DNA of 63,347 nt, filler included, from Octopus bimaculoides (taxonomy: Eukaryota), in NCBI RefSeq assembly GCF_001194135.2. It is 5 parts of 5 records of this genome, joined end to end, with 100 filler letters (N's around TTAATTAATTAA, not from the genome) between each part and the next. Parts side by side here need not be neighbours in the genome. Positions count along the whole stretch, not along the records: positions 54,514 to 60,367 come from NC_068984.1; positions 60,468 to 63,347 come from NW_026437643.1; 3 more parts are not named here. One strand, written 5' to 3'. Every line of letters starts with the position of its first letter. Positions within the stretch are counted from its first letter, which is position 1. Below are positions 55,781 through 63,347 of this stretch, in pieces. The position numbers and the translations under genes are program-made. The notes beneath the pieces are model-generated. The model made no database searches, was not told where the DNA came from, and saw nothing but the letters and a program-made list of their open reading frames with translations.

Positions 55781-56750
55781 GAAGATTGTCACAATTAGCG
55801 TAGACACCTATATGAAAAACTGTGGATGTTAAAACTATCTACGTGAATTCCAAATACAACAAATTCCAGAATTAGCCGTATTAGAAACAAGCAGTGAAAA
55901 GTTAAGCGTATGAAAACCCGTGCTAGATAACTGCCTAATATTCTTACTAAACAGAAGGGTTTATCATAGCAGCCTAAGATCAATGCCTACCTAAAAGAAG
56001 TTACCAGACCGATATATTAAAGAACGACAACTTCCCAACAGGTCGTGTATGACATCAAAATGAAACCATTGATCATGTGCATGATAGAGCTGCACAATAT
56101 ATTCACCGGGTAATTTGCAAAAATCTGGACCTGCCCAATGATAAAAAATAGTGGGAACACAAACCCCCTCCAGCGCCTGAAAATGATCACATCTTATTCC
56201 TCTGGAACTTCACCATTGAAACGGACAGAAAAAAAGATGCAAATAGGCCAAAAAGTATATTCAAGGACATCAGACAAAGATCATGCTTCCTCATTGAAAT
56301 GACTGTTCCAATGGATATAAATGTATCTGTTAAGACTTACCAAAACTAAGCAAGTATAAAGATCTAGAAATAGAAATTAGCAAAATTTGGAACCTGAAGA
56401 CTAAAACAATACCTGTTGTCGTAGGTTCCCTAGGAATGATAACAAAAGGGGCTGATTGCTACCTAGCTCAGATACCAGGGAACCACCAAATGGCAGAAAT
56501 TCAAATGATAGTGCTCATGGAAACTGCTCATATCCTACATAAAATACTATCTATGTAATCTGAAATTTTAAAACAAATTCATAATTTTCTTGTTTTCTTA
56601 AGCATTTTCTAGAACAATACTAGGTACAAAACCAAATATATGACACCCTAGGCATAACACCGACATAGGCTTCAAACTTGTTATCTTTTGAGGTCTCTGG
56701 GTGAGACTTGGATCCAACTTGTACAAATGCAAAGCAAAAGTCAAACATAA

Positions 56751-56752
<2 letters not shown>
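55781..56752 (+). mobile_element. R4/Dong-like non-LTR element family 1, 5'-truncated (RLE endonuclease and 3' UTR) ending in (AAT)n
   Basis: Manual translation NETIDHV..HDRAAQYIH..WNFTIETDRKKDANRP..LIEMTVP..KYKDLEIEISKIWNL..IPVVVGSLG..ETAHILHKILSM*. Confidence 0.85.
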
Positions 56753-56814
<62 letters not shown>

Positions 56815-56825
56815 TTATAATAATA

Positions 56826-57322
56826 GGGACGGAATCAAACATTCATTGATGAAAGAAAGGATCAGAAGAGAATGTTATCGCAGGGTGAGAGCAATACTGA
56901 AGACAGAGCTGAATGCAAGAAACAGGGTCGAAGAATTCAATGCTTTAGCCATACCAGTCGTGACTTAGAGTTTCAATATCATATCATCAACTGGTCAATT
57001 ACTGAGATATGTAACCTTGACAGAAAAATATGAAAGCTGTTGACAATGCATAGAATGCACCACCCTAAGGCAGATATAGAACGAATTTATCTGCCAATAA
57101 AAGAGGGAGGCCCTGGACTTTTACATCTGGCATTAACAATGAGGATTGCCACAATTGGCCTAGACACCTGTCTGAAAAACTCTGAGGACTGGATGTTAAA
57201 ACTTATCTCAAAACATGAAAACAAGAAAACATCATACTCAGTAACAAAACAGGCAAAGATATATCTAAAGTATCTGGGTGAGAATTGAAGTTAACTAGTA
57301 CAAATACAAAGCAAATTCAAAC

Positions 57323-57325
<3 letters not shown>
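56826..57325 (+). mobile_element. R4/Dong-like family 1 derivative: RT thumb region joined directly to the 3' terminus
   Basis: KERIRREC..ILKTELNARN..HHPKADIERIYLPIKEGGPGL; then tctgggtgaga..aaacata and (AAT)n. Confidence 0.8.
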
Positions 57326-57391
<66 letters not shown>

Positions 57392-57393
57392 TG

Positions 57394-57507
<114 letters not shown>

Positions 57508-57520
57508 ATAATAATAATAA

Positions 57521-57644
57521 TCCTTTCTACAATAGACACAAGTCCTGAAATTCTTTGACTGATACTTATTTTATCAACCCCGAAATGGTGAAAGGCAAAG
57601 TTGACCTCGGCGGAATTTGAAATCAGAACGTAAGGTAAGACGAA

Positions 57645-57647
<3 letters not shown>
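57521..57647 (-). mobile_element. SINE family A, partial
   Basis: tacttattttatcaaccccgaaatggtgaaaggcaaagttgacctcggcggaatttgaaatcagaacg. Confidence 0.75.
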
Positions 57648-57687
<40 letters not shown>

Positions 57688-57688
57688 T

Positions 57689-57775
<87 letters not shown>

Positions 57776-57800
57776 AATAATAATAAAAATTATAATAATA

Positions 57801-57970
57801 GGTACGGAATCAAACATTCATTGATGAAGGAAAGGATCAGAAGAGAATTTTATCGCAGGGGGATAGCAATATTGAAGAGAGAGCTGAATGCAAGAAACAG
57901 GGTCGAAACGATCAATACTTTAGCCATACCAGCCGTGACTTACAGTTTCAATATCATTAACTGGTCAATT
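57801..57970 (+). mobile_element. R4/Dong-like family 1 fragment starting at the same breakpoint as 56826
   Basis: aaaattataataatagg[g/t]acggaatcaaacattcattgatga shared with 56811-56850. Confidence 0.8.
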
Positions 57971-59309
57971 ATTATAGTTCTATACTTTTTTATGCATATA
58001 GCTCTAGATAAGGGACTTTTAATATATATCCCCGGCATCATTGAGGTAAGGAAAAAATTATTACCGACACCGCTAATTGACACATTTGACACATTATTAA
58101 TTAGCATAATAGCATAGCCTGGAAAAAACCATGGACCCTATGGAAAAATACGACCAAGAGAAATAATATTCTTAAGATTATAAAAATGGGAAAATTCAGG
58201 ACAAGATGCTATATTTGGTAAAGTACAGAACAGGAAATGTTTTACTTAAAATATTGCAGGTAAGGATAAAATTTGAATATTAAAAATTATCTGATTTTAA
58301 TTTACAAAGTAACATTATAATTAAAGAAAATACCACTAGACACACAAGAATACTTAAAAAATGAGAGCCAGAAGTACAAACACAGCTAAAGTTTTATGCA
58401 AAGCAGAATAGTATATATGGTAGGCAAATTCATTACGTAAAAAATAGGTATTGAGCCAAGACTAAAAATGTGAAGACTTGGCAATATCTTAGGCAATAAC
58501 TCAAGCAAATTTTACTGAGAATTTGTTGTTATAGGTAGATTCTACTGTGATATATAACTAATTTTTTTTTATTGCACTAATTAGTTACTACTATTATTTT
58601 TACAACCTATTTTCAAATGTATAGTTATTAATTAATAATTAAAAAAATGAATTTTTTAAAGCGAACTACATTTTTATTTTTAATAGAAGTAACACGTAAC
58701 AACAAATAGAAGTAATAAATTGTAATAATTGTTTTTGTTTTTAGTTTTAATAAAAGCTAATATTCTCTAAATCGAAATATTTTGTTTCATATTTCATCCT
58801 TAGCTGCAATATTTTAAGTAAACATTTTCTTGTTTTCTACTTTACCAGATATAACTTGTCCGGAACTTTTCCAACTGTAATAACTCGTCCTGTACTTTTC
58901 CAGTTTTATAATCTTAAGAATACTATTTCTCATGCTCGCACTTTTCCAAGTAATACAACTATGATGTACAGAACTGAACTGAAACGTTAAGGTATTACAT
59001 AGACTGTATGTAGTAGAATCAAACAGAATCAATCCCTGAAAGAGAAAAGTTCACTTTGGGGAGGGTTAAGACTGATGCATACAGACTAATAGCCAAATCT
59101 CCGGAATATACACGAAATACAAGAATTAATATTACATTGTACCGCGCATATATTAAACAGAGCACTTACAAAAAGCGTACAGTACTGCGCCCCGCTGTGC
59201 TTGGAAAAAAAATTAAACAATTATTTATAGCTAAATTATAGAGCTAATAAATGAAGGCTATCACATAGAAAAAAGAAGCATATTTTCTGTATTATAATGG
59301 AACAAAGGA

Positions 59310-59530
59310 GAGAAGGGGTGGGCAGAATCGGTAGAGCGATAAATCAAATACCCTGTAGAATATATTATAAAGTTGCTTTATTTGTTGAGCTCATATCCTG
59401 CCAACATCAAGTTTGCCATTCAGCCTTTTACTGTCGAGGAAATGAGTACTGGTAAAAATACAATACTGAGTCGAGATAATAGACTGCCTTCTCTAAAATA
59501 ATGTGCCTTTGTTTTCTATTGCAGAAACCA
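59310..59530 (+). mobile_element. SINE family A-like, decayed
   Basis: gggcagaatcggtagagc..caagtttgccattcagccttttactgtcgaggaaatgagtactgg. Confidence 0.55.
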
Positions 59531-60467
59531 ACAGAGTAAAGTGGAACGAATTAAGTATAGAGAAATACATGCTTCTTGTAATTATTATGACAGACGTGCA
59601 ATAAGTGTTGTTCTTTCACCCCAGTTTGATCTGATTGTCAAAGTCATTTCAGCCATAAGCTTCGGGATTTTAAAGAAGACGATAGCATGTATTTCAGGGG
59701 ATTTAGCTGTTATTTCTAACAGATTGATCAATAGTGTAGAGATTCCCTCGTCGATTAGTGAAGTGATTCCAACTGGCAATCAAACTTATTTTCTTGAAGA
59801 TTTTATCAACTAAAGCTTAACACTTATATTTATTCCAGCCAATGGCTATTGCCAACTTTATCCCCGAATGACATATCAACATCACACTTTAGAAGTTATC
59901 GTTGACTTACGTTCTGGTTTCTCATTCTGCCTCCCAGATACTTGTCCTTCCCGCTCACTACTTTTTCTCTCTCTTTCTGTATTCTTTAAAACACCTCTCT
60001 TTCTCCCCCTTTCTCTCTCCTTTCCCCCCTCTCTCCCTCTTTCTCTCTGTCCCCCTCGTCTCCTCTCTTTTTGTATGAATCATGAATTGCAGTGAAGCAG
60101 AAAATGAAACGATCACAGTCGAATGCTAATTAATTTTTGACATACAGACTAAAACTCAACAATGTACAGAAGGTGGAAAGACAGAAACAACACGTATATA
60201 TTCCTACACATTCACATGCGCATATACAGACATATGCACATGCACACATTCATGCCCCAATGTGTCTGTATATAAGTGTGTTCGCGTGTGTGTGTACATA
60301 TATACATGTTATACGCATTTGTGTGCAGATTTAAATACATACATACATGCATGCATGCAGGTAGATANNNNNNNNNNNNNNNNNNNNNNNNNNNNNNNNN
60401 NNNNNNNNNNNTTAATTAATTAANNNNNNNNNNNNNNNNNNNNNNNNNNNNNNNNNNNNNNNNNNNN

Positions 60468-61165
60468 TAAGCCATTCCTTACGCTGCTTCATATTGATGT
60501 ACAGGCACCATTTTTGTTGTCAGTAAGGATTCGGTAAAGAAATCGTTGCTTGTGTCCACGAGCTGAGCGGTGACGAGCAAGCAAACCAGCGGAGATTGTG
60601 GCTCGTTGGTTTTTGCTGTAGTCACTTAAAGCATGCGGAACCCATGCTCCATACTTCTGAACCTTTCCGATCGAGTGAAGATGCTTCTCTATAGCAGAGT
60701 AGCAGCATTCCATTTTCTCTGCCAGTTCCCTTGTCGTTTGACGAGAATTTTCGAGCAAAAGTTGGTTTAATCGCTCTTCATCGAACTCAACTGGATGGCC
60801 AGAACGAGGTGCGTCTTTAAGGTCAAAATTTCCATTTTTGAACTTGGCATACCAATCATGAGCGGTTTTTTCAGCTATGGCACCCTCTCTATACACAGCA
60901 CAAATGTTGCGAGCAGCTTTTGCAGCCTTTGAACCTTGATTAAAAGCAAAAAGAAGGAGGTGTCGAAAATACTCGTTTTTCTTGACATTCCATTTAATGA
61001 TCTGAAAATAAACAAAAATTAACTAATATTAACTAGAAAAAAAACAAAATAGATTCCAAAATGATTCAACAATAGAATTCTCGAAAAAAATAGATTCCAA
61101 AATTTAAAAACACAATAAATTCCAAAATTTAAAAAAACCGCGGCAACTTAGTTGCCAACCCAATA
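60468..61165 (-). mobile_element. Mariner transposon, 5' half with TIR
   Basis: TIR tattgggttggcaactaagttgccgcgg (61138-61165); AARNICAVY..WYAKFKNGNFDLKD.PRSG; WVPHAL motif. Confidence 0.92.
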
Positions 61166-61437
61166 AAATCGAAGAAAACCTTAAATCGAAGAGTAGATTC
61201 AAAATACATATTGTAAATAATTATATACGAAATATAAGTCAATTAATACATTAAAATTAAAATTAAAATTTTCCGTGCTGCATTACATAAATATTTTACA
61301 ACGGTATATATACCCATACTAGACCATCTATAATGTATATATATACATCAAAATACACAGATGCATGCACATAAATAACAGCTACATTTCATATTTGATA
61401 GGGATGTCGAATGTCTTTTCATTTGTCCCTGAATTCC

Positions 61438-61477
<40 letters not shown>

Positions 61478-61589
61478 GGATAATAAAACGAATGTTTTAC
61501 ATCTGGTAGTTTACTGGTAAAGCACGGTCACTTTCACAGTGATCATTATGTATATGGCAAAGGAAAGACGGACGATGGAATATACCAGA

Positions 61590-63115
61590 ATTTATTATTA
61601 ATCACGACAATTTTTCGACATATCGAGCATCGATTCCGCATGGGTGGGACACTCAACAACTGGTTCAAGAGCATCGAGTGGTGCACATGTATCTCGTCAG
61701 GTGATAAATAAATACAACTCGTTAAAATAACTGTTCCGCAATGTAACTTCCCGTTTTGTAGAAAGAAAAGCAACCAGACGGAGGAAATATCTTCATTTAT
61801 ATAGAAGATCCAAAATAAAATCACAGATGACAAAAAGAGAAACAAACACGCAATCCAGCGGGAAAAGTATTAAAAGTAGCCGTTAATAAACGCCCTCGGG
61901 CAAGCTGCATGGCGCGAGTACACTCGCTCATACAAGGATGCGCAAAAATGTGAGCATACGCACACGTGAGATTTGGTGCACTCGTGATCACAAGGCGAGT
62001 TCGCTATCTACTTGGTGTTTATAAGAATGAGGAGGTTAAAAGTAAACTTACGTCATCCATACCTTAAAGTAAATTAAATTAAGTTAATGGTTACTCAAAA
62101 TTCATTCCCGCTGCATTGTGTGAAAGTAGATTTATATGCGTGAAGGCATCTCGAAAATTCTTCAGAAATTCTATTAATGATCTTCTCGGTAGTCCACAGA
62201 ATAGACAGGGATTCCTCGGAGCAGAGACGGTATATCCTGGAAATTATATTGTATAGTTTCGCGTACCTTCCTATGGACCAATTTATGCTGTACTTCATTT
62301 TATCCTCCTTCAGTCGCCATACAAAATCTGCCAACGATGTTGAATGCTTCTTATTGATTGTCTTGAAACTGGCAACATGGTTACGATAACGATTCTTAAA
62401 TGAATCAGCCGTCTGTCCAATGTAAACATACGGCCCACCCTTGTGCGCACGGTACATTTATACACAAGATTTGTACTCGTACAGAGATTCATCAAAGGAC
62501 ATTTTAATTTTTCTCTGCATGAGCATTTATTGTATTTATTTGTATATAAGGCTCTCCCGTCTCCATTTATCGGCGTTGTTACCCTGTTAGCTGTATCACA
62601 AGTATTTCTATTCCTACAAATTGATCATAATTGTTGTTTATCATTGCGGTTCGCTAGATCCAGTAGGTGGGTTATTGAACCTTTACCACATTTTTTACTA
62701 TTGTTTATGCGATGCATAAGCTGCTCTAAATTAGCAGAGTTGGCGTGGGATACCTTCACGGTGTGTCGATTAAAAATAGCATGATTAAATTTAGGAAAAC
62801 ACTTGTCCAAAGCAGCAAAAAATTTTCCAGCGATCTTGGTTAAAACATGCAAACCGAAAATCGGGTTGAGCCTGAGGACATCCTGTGATTCCTATATCTG
62901 TTGTTAGGCTTCTTTGATCGAGTGTGTTGTACGGGATTGGAACAAGCAGTTGGATTATTATGTCGCGTGTGTTTATGAGTTTTCGCTGGTAACTCATTGA
63001 TATAACCAATTCTTCCTGGCCTGTGTTCTTTATCTGAGTGAGTACTCAAACCTTGACGTTGGCGTCGTATACAGTTGGAGGAATTACCAGTGTTGCGTAT
63101 GCCAGCTTCTTGTAT
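61590..63115 (-). mobile_element. Penelope-like element of a second clade (Naiad/Neptune-like GIY-YIG with Cys-rich linker), 5'-truncated
   Basis: IFNRHTVKVS; CSCREKLKCPLMNLCTSTNLVYKC; YIGQTADSFKNRYRNH..STSLADFVWRLK..LCSEE..SRCLH. Confidence 0.85.
61598..61708 (-). ncRNA. Hammerhead motif with extended stem II, in the 3' UTR of the PLE
   Basis: AUCAC CUGACGA GAUA..(about 70 nt, inner hairpin CACUCGA/UUGAGUG)..UGUC GAAA AAUU GUC GUGAU; C15.2 appears to be missing. Confidence 0.7.
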
Positions 63116-63131
63116 AGATTGTATATATATA

Positions 63132-63174
<43 letters not shown>

Positions 63175-63347
63175 CAGTAATAATAATAATGGTAATAAAA
63201 TGATAAAATAACTGGGTGGCGTACAAATTATATAAAACATTCCTTAGCTACACACAACACAGAAAATGTCAGACAGACAGGTCAATTATTCCTCTCCAAT
63301 TTTTTGTAAATTCTTAAACATATCGCCTTCTGTGTGTGTGTATATAT

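Noticed and set aside
59541-59813. 90-aa ORF, open on both strands
   Set aside because: Overlaps a decayed repeat carrying the TTTRGCTGYTATTT motif; no known domain.
62625-62627. In-frame TGA in the second-clade PLE as possible selenocysteine (reported for some Naiad PLEs)
   Set aside because: It falls in a non-conserved linker, the conserved Cys codons are TGC/TGT, and no convincing SECIS stem was found in the 3' UTR; the copy is frameshifted anyway.

Overview
AT-rich, repeat-dominated eukaryotic draft assembly with about 5 kb of N gaps. The SINE families and extreme microsatellite load suggest an octopod cephalopod; this is inferred from recalled repeat families and was not searched. No host protein-coding exon could be identified with confidence, and most ORF-track entries are microsatellite or gap artefacts. 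Recognisable coding remnants are all transposon-derived: two RTE-clade fragments, three mariner remnants, an RT-deleted Tx1-like LINE, several R4/Dong-like RLE elements in (AAT)n arrays, and three Penelope-like (PLE; RT + GIY-YIG) copies from two clades. The most notable signal is at the RNA level: eight hammerhead-ribozyme-like motifs from six sequence families. Three of them sit in unrelated ORF-less fold-back modules that look like MITEs but share one polarity: inverted copy of the 3' tail, then hammerhead, then 3' tail. One PLE family carries a tRNA-like Pol III head, an (AAT)n tract and a hammerhead in its terminal repeat, and that (AAT)n tract has been colonised by Dong-like elements.
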